A stretch of DNA of 64,000 nt from Novosphingobium sp. 28-62-57 (GTDB lineage: Bacteria; Pseudomonadota; Alphaproteobacteria; Sphingomonadales; Sphingomonadaceae), in NCBI RefSeq assembly GCF_002256985.1, contig NZ_NCGO01000007.1, forward strand, positions 80,475 to 144,474. Direction: 5' to 3'. Below are positions 29,933-40,281 of the stretch, one piece after another (position 1 is the stretch's first letter; each line of letters opens with the position of its first letter). The notes beneath the pieces were generated by a model, which was given only the letters and a program-made list of their open reading frames with translations, had not been told where the DNA came from and did not search any database. A program made the position numbers and the translations under genes.

Positions 29933-31377
29933 GTCGTGCACTCCCTTGCGACCTCTACGTCATCGAACGGCAGGATGCGCATTGCCTCACCCCTGCCAAT
30001 GATCTGACCCTGTTCGTGCCCCTTGCCTGCAATCAGGACTATATCATCGCGGCCCGCCTCGGCAATGGCAGCAGCGATGGCGGTGCGCCGATCCCCAATC
30101 TCGCGCGCCTTGCCATCGCACCCAGCCAAGACTGCGGCGCGGATCGTGGCGGCATCTTCGCCGCGCGGATTGTCATCTGTGACGATGACCACATCGGACC
30201 CGGCGCAGGCGGCGCGGCCCATCTCCGGGCGCTTGCCCCCGTCACGGTCGCCGCCAGCGCCGAAGACTGTGATCAGCCGCCCGGCGGTGTGTGGCCGCAG
30301 CGCCAGAATTGCGGCCTCTATCGCATCGGGCGTGTGTGCGTAGTCGACATAGACCGGCGCTCCAGCGCGATTGATCGCCGCCCGTTCAAGCCGTCCGCGC
30401 ACCGGCTGCAACCGTGCAAGCGCATCGAACACCTTGTCGGCATCGCTGCCCGAGGCGATGGCGAGGCCGGCCGATACCAGCGCGTTGGCGGCTTGATAGG
30501 CCCCGATCAGCGGCAGCGCGATCTTGCGCGCCTTACCCTGCCATTCGATCTCCAGCGTCTGCCCAAGCTGGGTTGGCGCGCGTCCGGCGAGGCGGATCGA
30601 GGTGCCGATCGTGCCGACCGAGAAGAGCTGCAGGCCCCGGCGCTGTGCATGGTCAGCGGCTCGGGCCGACCATTCGTCGTCCATCCACACCACCGCCTTG
30701 CCGCCATCTGTCACGACGTGATCGAACAGCCGCATCTTGGCCGCGAAGTAGTCTTCCATCGTGGCGTGGTAATCGAGGTGGTCACGGCTCAGGTTGGTGA
30801 AGCCGCCTGCCACCACGCGCAAGCCTTCGTTGCGGTATTGCGAAAGGCCATGGCTCGATGCCTCATAGGCAACGTGGCTTACGCCTTCGCGGGCGAGGCC
30901 GGTCATGTTCGCAAGGAACGTAACGATATCAGGCGTGGTCAGGCCGGTGGAGATGCTCTCGTCAGCGGTGGTGACGCCCAGTGTGCCGATCGAGGCGGCG
31001 GACTGGCCCAGCATGCGCCAGATCTGGCGGGTCATTTCGACCGTCGAGGTCTTGCCATTGGTGCCGGTGACGGCAACGACCGTTTCGGGCACCGGTTGAA
31101 AGAAGCGCGCGGCCAGCATGGCAAAGGCGCGGCGCGGTTCGGCATCGGCAATGTGGATCGCGCCTTCAACTTTCGCTTCAGGCCGGGCGACGATTGCCAC
31201 CGCGCCAGACTTTACGGCATCGGCAATGAAATCCTCGCCGTTGAAGCGCGCGCCGGGGAAGGCACCGAAGATCGTGCCCGGCGCAACCTTGCGGTGATCG
31301 ATGGCAAAGCCGGTGACGTTGGCATCACCGGCAGCTGCCGGAAACCCCGCCGCTTCGCAGATCGCCGCCAGCTTCAT
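29929..31377 (-). CDS. murE: UDP-MurNAc-dipeptide--diaminopimelate ligase
   Basis: VTGTNGKTS, LTTPD, EASSHGL.Q, DYAHTPDA, GAGGDRD, DDNPR (mDAP-type), AGKGHE. Confidence 0.96.
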   Translation of the reverse strand: MKLAAICEAAGFPAAAGDANVTGFAIDHRKVAPGTIFGAFPGARFNGEDFIADAVKSGAVAIVARPEAKVEGAIHIADAEPRRAFAMLAARFFQPVPETVVAVTGTNGKTSTVEMTRQIWRMLGQSAASIGTLGVTTADESISTGLTTPDIVTFLANMTGLAREGVSHVAYEASSHGLSQYRNEGLRVVAGGFTNLSRDHLDYHATMEDYFAAKMRLFDHVVTDGGKAVVWMDDEWSARAADHAQRRGLQLFSVGTIGTSIRLAGRAPTQLGQTLEIEWQGKARKIALPLIGAYQAANALVSAGLAIASGSDADKVFDALARLQPVRGRLERAAINRAGAPVYVDYAHTPDAIEAAILALRPHTAGRLITVFGAGGDRDGGKRPEMGRAACAGSDVVIVTDDNPRGEDAATIRAAVLAGCDGKAREIGDRRTAIAAAIAEAGRDDIVLIAGKGHEQGQIIGRGEAMRILPFDDVEVARECTT

Positions 31378-33119
31378 TCGCCATTCCCGTTGCCGACCAG
31401 GGGCGAAAGGTCGGAAATGTCGATATCGCGCGTATCATCAGGCACGACGCCGAGGAACGGGCCGATGCGTGGCACCAGACGGCCGACGATAGGGCCGGCA
31501 TTCCACGCTGCCGTGCGCTGATAGGAGGTCGCCGCCGTGCCCTTGGGTTCATCGAGCATGGCGATCACCACATAGCGCGGTTTGTCCATCGGGAAGGCTG
31601 CTGCGAATGTCGCGACCAGCGAAGTGCGGTTGTAACCACCCTTCCCGCCGGGCTTTTCAGCCGAGCCGGTCTTGCCCCCGACACGGAAACCGGGAGCATT
31701 GGCTGATTTGCCGGTGCCATCGACCACGATCATGCGCAGCAACTGACGCATGCGCGCGCTGGTGGAGGCTTTGAACACGCGGCGGCCTTCGGAGGCTTTG
31801 GCCGGATCGACCTTGTAGAGCGTGGCCGGACGCCAGACGCCACCGTTCACCATCGCCGCATAGGCCGCTGCAAGGTGCAACGGCGTGACCGCAATGCCGT
31901 GGCCATAGCTGACCGTCATCGTGGTGATGCGCGCCCATTCGCCGGTCTTTTCGTGGCCGCGTGGCCAAAGCGGGAAGCCGCGCGCGGGCAGTTCGATATA
32001 GGGGCGCTCGTTCATGCCCAGCGCCGCCATGGTCTTCTTGAGCGCCGGACCGCCGAGCTTGTCGGCCACTTGCGCGGTCACGATGTTCGATGAATGGATC
32101 AGCGATTCGGGCACGTTGAGCGAAGCGCCGAAGCTGTGGCTATCGCGAATGCGGAAGCCGCCGATTTCCAGCGGGCGATCCGCCGGATAGCGCACCGAAA
32201 GATCGGTAACCACCCCGGCATCGATGGCGGCGGCTACCGAAAGCGGCTTGAACGTGGAGCCCAGTTCGTAAACCTGATTGGTGACCTTGTTGAACACCAG
32301 ATCGTTGTAGGCCATGTCCGAACGATTGGGATTGAACGAGGGTAGTGAGGCGAGCGCGATGACTTCGCCAGTATCAACGTCCAGAATGATCCCGGCGGCA
32401 CCCTTAGCCTCGGTCTCCAGCATGCCCCGGCCCAGTTCATCCTCAAGCGCACCTTGGGCGCGCATGTCGATAGACAGCGACACCGGAACTGCGCGCTTGG
32501 CCGGATCGAGCAGGTCTTCTTCGAGCACCTGCTCCATGCCGACATGACCTTTGCCTTCGCCATCGACATAGCCAAGGACGTGCGCGCCAAGCGAGCCTTG
32601 CGGATAATAGCGCTGATTTTCGCGCGGGAACTCCAGAGCAGGTTCGCCCAGCGCGAAGATGCGGTTGGCCTCTTCGGGCATGATCCGCGCGCGCAGATAG
32701 CTGGGGCGGTCAGATTTCAGCCGCCGCAGCAGATCAGCATAGTCCGCATCCGGAAAGATCTGCATCAAGGCGGCGGCGACTTCCTCCGGTGACTTTACCA
32801 GCGGCGACCCATTTTCGCCAAAAGCCTTGGGATTGTACCACAGCGCATAGGCCGGAAAAGCGCGCGCCAGCGGCGCCCCGTTGCGATCCACAATCTCGCC
32901 ACGGGGCGGCAGCAGCGCCTCGGCCAGCGAACGGCGCTCGGGCGCGCCTTCAAACAGGCCAAGCTGCAGAATGCGCGCAAAAGCGGCCAGGGCCGCGCAG
33001 ACGAACAGGAATGCCACCACCAGCACGCGAATCTTGGCTTCGACCAGCGAACGCTGGCGGACGTTGGCAAGAGTGACCCGGCCCGAGGCAATGGCGGCTG
33101 AAGCGGTTAGCGCATTCAC
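31374..33119 (-). CDS. ftsI: Septal transpeptidase PBP3/FtsI
   Basis: RGEIVDRNG, E.GSTFK (SxxK), HSSN (SxN), GKTGSA (KTG). Confidence 0.95.
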   Translation of the reverse strand: MNALTASAAIASGRVTLANVRQRSLVEAKIRVLVVAFLFVCAALAAFARILQLGLFEGAPERRSLAEALLPPRGEIVDRNGAPLARAFPAYALWYNPKAFGENGSPLVKSPEEVAAALMQIFPDADYADLLRRLKSDRPSYLRARIMPEEANRIFALGEPALEFPRENQRYYPQGSLGAHVLGYVDGEGKGHVGMEQVLEEDLLDPAKRAVPVSLSIDMRAQGALEDELGRGMLETEAKGAAGIILDVDTGEVIALASLPSFNPNRSDMAYNDLVFNKVTNQVYELGSTFKPLSVAAAIDAGVVTDLSVRYPADRPLEIGGFRIRDSHSFGASLNVPESLIHSSNIVTAQVADKLGGPALKKTMAALGMNERPYIELPARGFPLWPRGHEKTGEWARITTMTVSYGHGIAVTPLHLAAAYAAMVNGGVWRPATLYKVDPAKASEGRRVFKASTSARMRQLLRMIVVDGTGKSANAPGFRVGGKTGSAEKPGGKGGYNRTSLVATFAAAFPMDKPRYVVIAMLDEPKGTAATSYQRTAAWNAGPIVGRLVPRIGPFLGVVPDDTRDIDISDLSPLVGNGNGE

Positions 33120-33937
33120 AAGACTGCCTTAGCCTCCTTGCTCTTGGCCACGCGCGGGGCCGTAGTGGCTTTGTCTTTCTTTGCCTTTGGCTTGTCCGCA
33201 GGGGTGACAGCCTTGCTGGCCTGCTTTGTGCCAGCAGTCTTTGTGGCCTTGGCGGCGGGCTTGGAAGCCGATTTCGACGCAGCCTTACCTGATGACTTGT
33301 CAGAGTCTGATGACTTTTCCGAACGCTTCTTCGCCTCAGGCCCCGGCTTTTCGGAGGCCGTGGCCGTGCGCACCGGCTTGCGGGGCCGCGCTTCGACAAC
33401 TTTGCCCAAGCGCTCGTTCAGCGTTTCGACCGCTTCGGCACGATCAACAACGGAAGTCTTACCACTGGCCTTGGTCAGCACCGCCCGGTCATCGCCGGAC
33501 TTTGCAGGTGTGCCTTGCTCATCGGTGTCGCTCAGCGGCTTGCCCGAAAGCGGCGAGACCATGGCCGGGAATGCTGCTGAGGCAATCACCGCATCGTCCA
33601 CGCTTGCCACGCGGATCGGGGCCGGAGCATTGGGCACGCTGGGTACGCTGAAGGCTGCCAGTTGCCGCTCGCCTTCCAGATACTGCCCGGCCAGCGGTGC
33701 GGCGTAGCCGAATTCAACATCGTTCCACGTTTTCAGCTGCTGCTGGTTGGCGCGCGTCTCGAACTCGGTTTCGAGATACATCTTCTCCTGCTTCAGCGCG
33801 ACGATGCGCGCTTCGGCACGGTGAATCTGGCTGCGCAGCGCATTCACACGGAATGCCAGCACCAGCACCATCGCCAGACACAGGCCCAGCAGCACCAGCC
33901 ATCCGACCGAGCGCAGGCGATTGGCAGAGGCGATCAT
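33116..33937 (-). CDS. ftsL: FtsL-like protein with a long Lys/Ala/Ser-rich tail
   Basis: Position between rsmH and ftsI; TM plus coiled coil, then a low-complexity C-terminus. Confidence 0.75.
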   Translation of the reverse strand: MIASANRLRSVGWLVLLGLCLAMVLVLAFRVNALRSQIHRAEARIVALKQEKMYLETEFETRANQQQLKTWNDVEFGYAAPLAGQYLEGERQLAAFSVPSVPNAPAPIRVASVDDAVIASAAFPAMVSPLSGKPLSDTDEQGTPAKSGDDRAVLTKASGKTSVVDRAEAVETLNERLGKVVEARPRKPVRTATASEKPGPEAKKRSEKSSDSDKSSGKAASKSASKPAAKATKTAGTKQASKAVTPADKPKAKKDKATTAPRVAKSKEAKAVL

Positions 33938-34938
33938 GCTGCGGCCCTCCCCGTGGCTGCGCGCGCCGGTGCTGCTGTGCGGACCGCCCAGCGCAAGGTG
34001 GCCGAGCGCGCACGCGGGTTGCGCGCTTCTTCTTCTGCAGTGGGGCGGATTGCGGCCGATGGCTTTTCGAACACGGCGACCGACTTTTGCGCCATCTGCG
34101 GCATATGGCGTGAACCCGCCGGCATCGCCCCTGCCGCTTCGCGCAGGAACTGTTTGACGATACGGTCTTCCAGACTGTGGAAGCTGACCACGGCGATGCG
34201 ACCACCGGGTGCGAGCACTTTTTCTGCCGCGGCAAGTCCTGCCACCAGCTCGTCCAGCTCGCCATTCACGTGGATGCGCACCGCCTGAAAGCTGCGCGTT
34301 GCCGGGTCCTTCTGCGCCTTGGGGCCTTTGATATCAGGACGATAGCCAAGCGCCTTGCGCACGACAGTGGCAAACTGACCGGTTGTGGTAAGCGGGCGGG
34401 CCGCCACGACGGCGCGGGCAATGCGGCGCGACTGGCGTTCCTCGCCGTAGCGATAGAGCACGTCTGCGATATCTTCCTCAGCCGCTTCATTCAGGAAATC
34501 CGCCGCAGTTGGACCGTCCTGTGACATTCGCATGTCTAACGGCCCGTCCGAGGAAAACGCAAATCCGCGCGCTGCCTGATCAAGCTGCATCGAGCTGACG
34601 CCGATATCGAAGACCACGCCCTGAACGCTGGCAATTCCGGCATCGGCAAGCCCTTCTGCCAGTTCGGAAAAGCGGCGCGGGTGCAGGATCAGGCGTGGAT
34701 CTTTTCCACAGGTTTCTCCCCAGACCTGTCCAGCCGCAATCGCATCAGGATCGCGGTCAAAGGCATGGACGGTTGCGCCGGTGTCAAGGATCGAACGGGT
34801 ATAGCCGCCTGCGCCGAAAGTTGCGTCCACGATCAAGTCGCCAGCTTTCGGGTTCAGCGCGGCAAGAACTTCATCGATCAGCACGGGAATGTGCGGGGCG
34901 CGCATGGTGTCAGCCGGGGCCACTTCAGGGGCGATCAT
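33934..34938 (-). CDS. rsmH: 16S rRNA m4C1402 methyltransferase
   Basis: [48 protein letters not shown]; ATG overlaps the mraZ stop. Confidence 0.96.
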   Translation of the reverse strand: MIAPEVAPADTMRAPHIPVLIDEVLAALNPKAGDLIVDATFGAGGYTRSILDTGATVHAFDRDPDAIAAGQVWGETCGKDPRLILHPRRFSELAEGLADAGIASVQGVVFDIGVSSMQLDQAARGFAFSSDGPLDMRMSQDGPTAADFLNEAAEEDIADVLYRYGEERQSRRIARAVVAARPLTTTGQFATVVRKALGYRPDIKGPKAQKDPATRSFQAVRIHVNGELDELVAGLAAAEKVLAPGGRIAVVSFHSLEDRIVKQFLREAAGAMPAGSRHMPQMAQKSVAVFEKPSAAIRPTAEEEARNPRARSATLRWAVRTAAPARAATGRAAA

Positions 34939-35441
34939 TTGCGCTTGCCCTTTGCAGCTTCGGCCATCTTGGCGCGGCAACCGGCCTGGGCAATCGCCCA
35001 AGCAGCATCCTGTTCAAACAGGATGCGCGGGTTCCAGATCGTGATCTGCCGGCCACCACCGTGGAAATAGAGGCCGTCCTCTACTTGCCCGAGTTCGGAC
35101 AGGTAATCGGGCAGGACGAACCGGCCGCTGTCATCATAGCTGACGCGGGTGAAGCCGTAGACCTGACCCTCTGCGGCATCGCGATCAAAATCGAGGCCAA
35201 GCCGCAGCTTCTTTTCCTCTTCGCGATCAATCTCGGCAGCAAAATCGGCAAGGCGGGACAGGCCAAATCCGGTGAGGCAAGGCAGGCGCGGATGCTTGTC
35301 GAGGCAGAGCACGCGCTGATTCGCAGATGCGGTGAAGATATCGGAGCGGAAATCGGCAGGCAGGACAAAGCGGCCCTTTTCGCCGCGTGGCGAAAAGCCT
35401 TGTCCTACGAGATTTACCGACCCTCCCGTCACGCCGACCAC
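34935..35441 (-). CDS. mraZ: Division/cell wall cluster repressor MraZ
   Basis: [11 protein letters not shown] and DDSGRFVLP AbrB-like repeats; first gene of the dcw cluster. Confidence 0.88.
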   Translation of the reverse strand: MVGVTGGSVNLVGQGFSPRGEKGRFVLPADFRSDIFTASANQRVLCLDKHPRLPCLTGFGLSRLADFAAEIDREEEKKLRLGLDFDRDAAEGQVYGFTRVSYDDSGRFVLPDYLSELGQVEDGLYFHGGGRQITIWNPRILFEQDAAWAIAQAGCRAKMAEAAKGKRK

Positions 35442-35550
35442 CCCGCTCGCGGACGAAAAACTCCATGGCCCGGCCCCGCGCCTGCGCGCAGAGCCGACTC
35501 ATCCCCCGCGGATGCGACTGGAGTTCGTCCCGATAGCGCACACTACTAAC

Positions 35551-35595
35551 GCGGGACCGGGCGGGCGAAAAGGGGAAAATGCGGGAAAACGCGGA
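35551..35595. promoter_or_regulatory. 10-bp-periodic direct repeats upstream of mraZ (candidate MraZ boxes)
   Basis: GCGGG (35551), GCGGG (35561), AGGGG (35571), GCGGG (35581), GCGGA (35591). Confidence 0.5.
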
Positions 35596-35755
35596 CTAGC
35601 TATGATTCCGTAGCATTTTTTCTACTTACTTACGAAAGAGTAACCATAACCTGCTGCAAATAGTGGCACAGAACGGCCCGAGATTCAGGCCTTTATCCTT
35701 TGCTTGGATTTGCCGAAGCGCTGCCTGCCCGCAGTTTCCCGCATGCGGGGCCATT

Positions 35756-36475
35756 TCAACGGTCAAACGCTTCATCCAGGAGGCGCTGCAGCCCGGAAAT
35801 GCGGGCACTTTGGCCTTCGCCGCTTTCCAGCAGAGCGGCATCTGCCACCAGCACGGCCCGCCCTTTGCCGATGCGGCAGCGCGCAATCAGGCCCGCTGTG
35901 CCGATTTGGCAATCGGCATCCTGCCCGCCTGCCCTTGCCACAAATTGCCCCGGAAGGTTGACCGGGAGGCGCTCTCCCGCATTTTCCCGCTCACCTGCGG
36001 GCTGGTCTTCATCAAAGCGGAGTTCCAGCCCCCAGCGCGCGAGGATCGGCGAAACCAGCGCCACGTCCTGCGGCCTGCGCCGATCACCCAGCGCGAAATG
36101 GCTGTCTTGCGTGAGCATGGGATCGGCAAAGAACAGCACCGCGCCACCTGCGCGCACCCATGAATCGAGCGCGACGTTTTCTTCCGGGGCAAGCGGGCGC
36201 GGTTGGGCGATGATCAGGTGACGGACCGCGGAAAGATCGAGCAGCGTATCGAGCGGGGTCACCTGCGCGCGCTCTTCCAGCACGGCGCGCGCCCAATGCG
36301 GCCCCTCACCGCCATCGAGCATGCCCTTGAGGTCGCTCGATTCGCTCCAGAGGAGCGGCAGACTGGTGAACAGGCCTAGGTTCTGATCCGCGGCTTTGCC
36401 GCGCGATGTGGTGAACCAGACCACGCTGGTAACAGCCGCTGATACCACCAGCGCGAGGATAAGAAGGCGGCGCAT
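35756..36475 (-). CDS. GldG/DUF4350-like ABC-transporter auxiliary protein
   Basis: N-terminal TM; LIIAQPRPLAP.ENVALD.WVR.GG..L.FADP and G.GRAVL.ADA.LL resemble this glutaminase-like fold. Confidence 0.55.
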   Translation of the reverse strand: MRRLLILALVVSAAVTSVVWFTTSRGKAADQNLGLFTSLPLLWSESSDLKGMLDGGEGPHWARAVLEERAQVTPLDTLLDLSAVRHLIIAQPRPLAPEENVALDSWVRAGGAVLFFADPMLTQDSHFALGDRRRPQDVALVSPILARWGLELRFDEDQPAGERENAGERLPVNLPGQFVARAGGQDADCQIGTAGLIARCRIGKGRAVLVADAALLESGEGQSARISGLQRLLDEAFDR

Positions 36476-36481
36476 CGCCGC

Positions 36482-36886
36482 TCAGGGCGGTGGCGCGTTG
36501 ACCGATGGCGCAGGCGCGGGCGGTGCTGGCGATAGCGTGACGGTGGGCTTTTCGTTGGCGCTGACGGGAAGCTTGGGGGCCACGCCCATGTCCGCCAGTG
36601 GGTCCTTGGCCGAAGTTGCGCTTGGTTCAATCACCGGGGCCGCCGTGTTGACCGCGCTGGCATCGATATATTTGGCCCGGTCCATGATCACATTGGCAAG
36701 GCTGACGAGCAGCAGCATCCCGGCAAGGCCGAACAGCCCCACTTGCAGCCGGTGGACCGCCTGGGCCCGCATTTCTCGCATGGTGGGCGGCACGTGCGCC
36801 AAGGCGCTGGCGACGGCCGCAGCGGCCTGCTGCTCCGCCGGAGAGGCGGCTGCCTGTTTTCTGCCGGGAAGGCCGAACTTTGCCAT
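36482..36886 (-). CDS. Hypothetical bitopic membrane protein
   Basis: RLQVGLFGLAGMLLLVSLANVI TM, KDPLADMGVAP, Pro-rich tail; start placed at 36886 to avoid overlapping cysK. Confidence 0.7.
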   Translation of the reverse strand: MAKFGLPGRKQAAASPAEQQAAAAVASALAHVPPTMREMRAQAVHRLQVGLFGLAGMLLLVSLANVIMDRAKYIDASAVNTAAPVIEPSATSAKDPLADMGVAPKLPVSANEKPTVTLSPAPPAPAPSVNAPPP

Positions 36887-36900
36887 GATGGCAGAGTAGC

Positions 36901-37899
36901 CTATTGCTCCAACCAAGGAAAGACCGGGAGGCCCTTCGCCTTCAACCATTCAGGGTTGTAGAGCGAGGAGAGGTAGCGGAAGCCGGTGTCGCACAGGATC
37001 GTGGCGACGCGGCTGCCGGGGCCAAGCTGCTTGGCCAGCGCCACGGCACCCGCCACATTGATCCCGCTCGACAGACCGAGGCACAGGCCTTCATCGGCCA
37101 ACAGTCGCTCTACCCAGTAGAGGCCCTCTTCGTCCGAAATGCGGAATTGCGTGTCGATCGGCGCGCCATCGAGGTTGGCGGTGATGCGTCCCTGCCCAAT
37201 GCCTTCGGCTACCGAAGAACCTTCGGACTTCAATTCGCCGTTGGCGTAATAGTTGTAGAGCGCTGCGCCGTGCGGATCGGTCAGCGCGATGGTGACGTTC
37301 TCGTCAAAAGCCTTGAGGCCCATGCCCACACCCGCGATGGTGCCGCCGGTGCCCGCAGCGCAAGTAAAGCCATCGATGCGATGCTCCATCTGCTCCCAGA
37401 TTTCCGGCGCGGTGGTTTCGATGTGGGCGCGGCGGTTGGCGATATTGTCGAACTGGTTGGCCCAGACCGCACCTTCGGTTTCCTCGGCAATGCGGCGCGA
37501 GGTGTGGACGAAGTGGCCGGGGTTTGAGAACGGCGCTGCGGGGACGAGCACCAGTTCAGCCCTGAGCGCGCGCAGGGTATCCATCTTCTCGCGCGATTGC
37601 GTTTCGGGCATGACGATGACCGATTTGTACCCGCGCGCATTGGCAACCAGCGCAAGGCCAATGCCGGTGTTGCCCGCGGTGCCTTCAACGATGGTGCCGC
37701 CAGGCTTCAGTATCCCGCGTTCTTCAGCATCGCGAACGATCCACAGCGCAGCGCGGTCCTTTACCGAAGCGCCGGGATTGGCAAATTCGCACTTGCCATA
37801 GATCTCGGCCCCTGCCGCCTCGCTCGGCCCTTTCAGCAGGACGAGCGGCGTGTTGCCGATGAGCGAAATGGTTTCGGATGCAATCTGTGGAGCGTTCAT
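36901..37899 (-). CDS. cysK: Cysteine synthase A family protein
   Basis: IGNTPLV, K.EF.NPG.SVKDRAA (PLP lysine), TAGNTG, GTGGT, EGIG. Confidence 0.88.
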   Translation of the reverse strand: MNAPQIASETISLIGNTPLVLLKGPSEAAGAEIYGKCEFANPGASVKDRAALWIVRDAEERGILKPGGTIVEGTAGNTGIGLALVANARGYKSVIVMPETQSREKMDTLRALRAELVLVPAAPFSNPGHFVHTSRRIAEETEGAVWANQFDNIANRRAHIETTAPEIWEQMEHRIDGFTCAAGTGGTIAGVGMGLKAFDENVTIALTDPHGAALYNYYANGELKSEGSSVAEGIGQGRITANLDGAPIDTQFRISDEEGLYWVERLLADEGLCLGLSSGINVAGAVALAKQLGPGSRVATILCDTGFRYLSSLYNPEWLKAKGLPVFPWLEQ

Positions 37900-37966
37900 A
37901 GCGCCCGAGTTAGGGCGTGTTGGTGCGATTGCCAACGAATTTGCGCTTGTCCGCGATGAAGCGGAT

Positions 37967-38629
37967 TTACTCGCGCCCTGCACGTATAGCCGCTCCCCCG
38001 GCAAAGGGCGCAACGGCCAGGGCGACAAGGCTGCATGCAGCCAGCAGGGCCAGCCCGCCCTCGCCATCCGGCTGCAGCGATCCTGCGCCGAAAATCAGCA
38101 GCGGCACCGCCATCGGGATCGCCAGCAATCCGCCCAGCGCCGCGCCTGCGCGCATTCCGGCGGTCAGCGCGGCAATCGTCACGCCTATCGCGGCCAGCCC
38201 CGGCGTGCCCAGCAACAGGCCCAGTTCCACCATCCACAACTGCTGCGCATCCAGCGACAGCAACCCTGCCGAGAGCGGCGCGGCGAGCATCAGCGGCACA
38301 CCAAAGCTCAGCCAATGCGCCAGCACGCGCACCGCCAGCAGCGCCTCTTCTGAAATGCCGCGCAAGGCCCATTGGTCGAACAGGCCCGCCTCCACATCCG
38401 GCTCTACCAGACGGTCGAGCGGCAGGATCGCCGCAAGCAGCGCCGCCACCCAGATCACCCCCGCCCCGGTCCGCGCCAGCAACCGCGCATCCGGGCCGAC
38501 CGCGAAGGGAAACAGCATCGCCACGGCAAGGAAGAACAGCAGCGGCAGGACCGCCCCGCCCCGCCCTTGCGCGCCGCGCGTCAGCAGCGCGAGATCGCGG
38601 GTGAAGATCGGCCAGAGCTTGCGGATCAT
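37967..38629 (-). CDS. ccmB: Heme exporter permease CcmB
   Basis: LFPFAVGPD..LL, IWVAALLA, P..VPLLIFG; downstream of ccmA. Confidence 0.92.
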   Translation of the reverse strand: MIRKLWPIFTRDLALLTRGAQGRGGAVLPLLFFLAVAMLFPFAVGPDARLLARTGAGVIWVAALLAAILPLDRLVEPDVEAGLFDQWALRGISEEALLAVRVLAHWLSFGVPLMLAAPLSAGLLSLDAQQLWMVELGLLLGTPGLAAIGVTIAALTAGMRAGAALGGLLAIPMAVPLLIFGAGSLQPDGEGGLALLAACSLVALAVAPFAGGAAIRAGRE

Positions 38630-39201
38630 AATTGAAAATCCAGCAGCTTGATTTCATGCACAGCTTCAAGCGCCAGCGGCTGGTGCGAGGCGATCACCAC
38701 CGCGCCGCCTGCCCGGCAATGGGCAGCAATGGCAACCTGCGCCTTGCTCGACCAATAGGTGTCGAGGCCGTTCAACGGCTCGTCCAGCAGCCACAGCGGG
38801 GCACCGCTTGCCGCCACGCGGGCGAGCGCCGCGCGCTTGCGCTGGCCCGTAGACAAGTAGCGTACCGGCACGTCGAGAAGGTCGGCAAGGCCGAAGTCGG
38901 CTTGCTCCGGCTCGGCGCGGTCGATGCGCTGCCAGAAGGCCAGCGCCTGTGCCAAAGGTTGGTGCCCGTCGAGCGCCAGCCGCTCATCGGCCAGCGCGAT
39001 GCCGCCGGTGCGCTCGACCGTCCCGGCATAGGGCCGCAGCAAACCAGCGAGGATGCGGATCAGGCTCGATTTGCCGATGCCGTTGGGCCCGGCCAGATGC
39101 ACGATCCCGCCGGAACGCACGGACAGCGACAGGCCCCGGAACAAAATCCGGTCCCCGCGCCTGCAGGCAATATCCGTGGCGACGAGACCGCACTCTTGCA
39201 T
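38626..39201 (-). CDS. ccmA: Heme exporter ATPase CcmA
   Basis: [31 protein letters not shown]; ATG start at 39201. Confidence 0.92.
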   Translation of the reverse strand: MQECGLVATDIACRRGDRILFRGLSLSVRSGGIVHLAGPNGIGKSSLIRILAGLLRPYAGTVERTGGIALADERLALDGHQPLAQALAFWQRIDRAEPEQADFGLADLLDVPVRYLSTGQRKRAALARVAASGAPLWLLDEPLNGLDTYWSSKAQVAIAAHCRAGGAVVIASHQPLALEAVHEIKLLDFQL

Positions 39202-39254
39202 GGGATGAGGCGATAGGGGAAACGGTGGCGACTGCCAAGCTTGCCAAAGGACCG

Positions 39255-39563
39255 ATGATGACCATAGCCCGCCTGACCCCGAAACCACTATCAAACGCCG
39301 AACGCGATGCGCTGCTGGCCGAACTGCCCGAATGGCAATTGCGCGAAGATGGGCTGGCGATAGTCCGCACCTTCCGCTTCGGCGATTTCTCCGAAGCGTG
39401 GGCCTTCATGAACCGCGTGGCGCTCTACGCCGAAAAGGCAGACCACCACCCGGAATGGTTCAACGTCTACAACCGCGTGGAAGTGACGCTGACGACGCAC
39501 GATGCCGATGGGCTGTCGGCAAGGGACGCGGCGATGGCGCGGGCGATGGAGGCATTCCTATAA
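39255..39563 (+). CDS. Pterin-4-alpha-carbinolamine dehydratase
   Basis: F.DF..AWAFM.RVA..AEK.DHHPEW.NVYNRV...LTTHD..GLS.RD. Confidence 0.93.
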   Translation: MMTIARLTPKPLSNAERDALLAELPEWQLREDGLAIVRTFRFGDFSEAWAFMNRVALYAEKADHHPEWFNVYNRVEVTLTTHDADGLSARDAAMARAMEAFL

Positions 39564-39784
39564 TGACCCACTTCTCGCCCGGCGACATTTATGAGGATTG
39601 CGCAAATCATCCGTGCCTGTGCATCGAAGTAAGCGAAGCCGACGACGAAATCTGGGGCATCTCCTTGATCGACGGCAGTCATCCCCGCGCTTGTAGCTTA
39701 GCGCATTGCGGCATAACGAAGCTAACGCCAGCAGAGGCCTGGGATCGCAAGAAATCCATTCAGGGTTTCGAGGGCTTTGATTGA
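39563..39784 (+). CDS. 73-aa Cys/His-rich hypothetical protein
   Basis: [20 protein letters not shown]...GISLIDGSHPRACSLAHCG...; ATG overlaps the upstream stop (TAATG). Confidence 0.65.
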   Translation: MTHFSPGDIYEDCANHPCLCIEVSEADDEIWGISLIDGSHPRACSLAHCGITKLTPAEAWDRKKSIQGFEGFD

Positions 39785-39846
39785 AAGCTGTCGTTCGGGA
39801 GACGACGCTGTGGCAGACGCCAACGTGATTATGACAGGATTACGCC

Positions 39847-40281
39847 ATGAAATGCCAATTAGTCTTCCGCTATGATTTTAGTAGCGACGGTGATGACTTT
39901 GGTTGGCTTGCCGCGCAAATTGACACGCCACAATTCAAAGCGGTCAACGGCACATGGGTTCAATGGCAGGACATCGAAGAACTGACTGCGTCGTTGGGCC
40001 GCTTTCCAATAGAAGCTCTCGAACCTGTTGTAGGTAAATGGGGGTTTAGTGAAGATGGTCGAGACACAGAGGTCACCAAGATCGTCATTAAACCTCAAGG
40101 GATAGCGAGCGCACTAAGCGTTCACGTGTTGCTGGCGAACAACTACAAGCCCGCCAACCTTTGCAGCGTTCAGTTTGTGACAGATTATCCAGCGCTTGCG
40201 AAATTTTCTGGTGAACTCAGGCGGATGTTGCAGGATCGCGTAGGCAGCGCTGCGCTGGATGGCTGGGCAGACGACAGCTGA
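39847..40281 (+). CDS. AT-rich orphan hypothetical protein
   Basis: 144-aa ORF with atypical composition (42-48% GC in two hand-counted 60-nt lines vs 73% in a flanking line); no function recognised. Confidence 0.7.
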   Translation: MKCQLVFRYDFSSDGDDFGWLAAQIDTPQFKAVNGTWVQWQDIEELTASLGRFPIEALEPVVGKWGFSEDGRDTEVTKIVIKPQGIASALSVHVLLANNYKPANLCSVQFVTDYPALAKFSGELRRMLQDRVGSAALDGWADDS

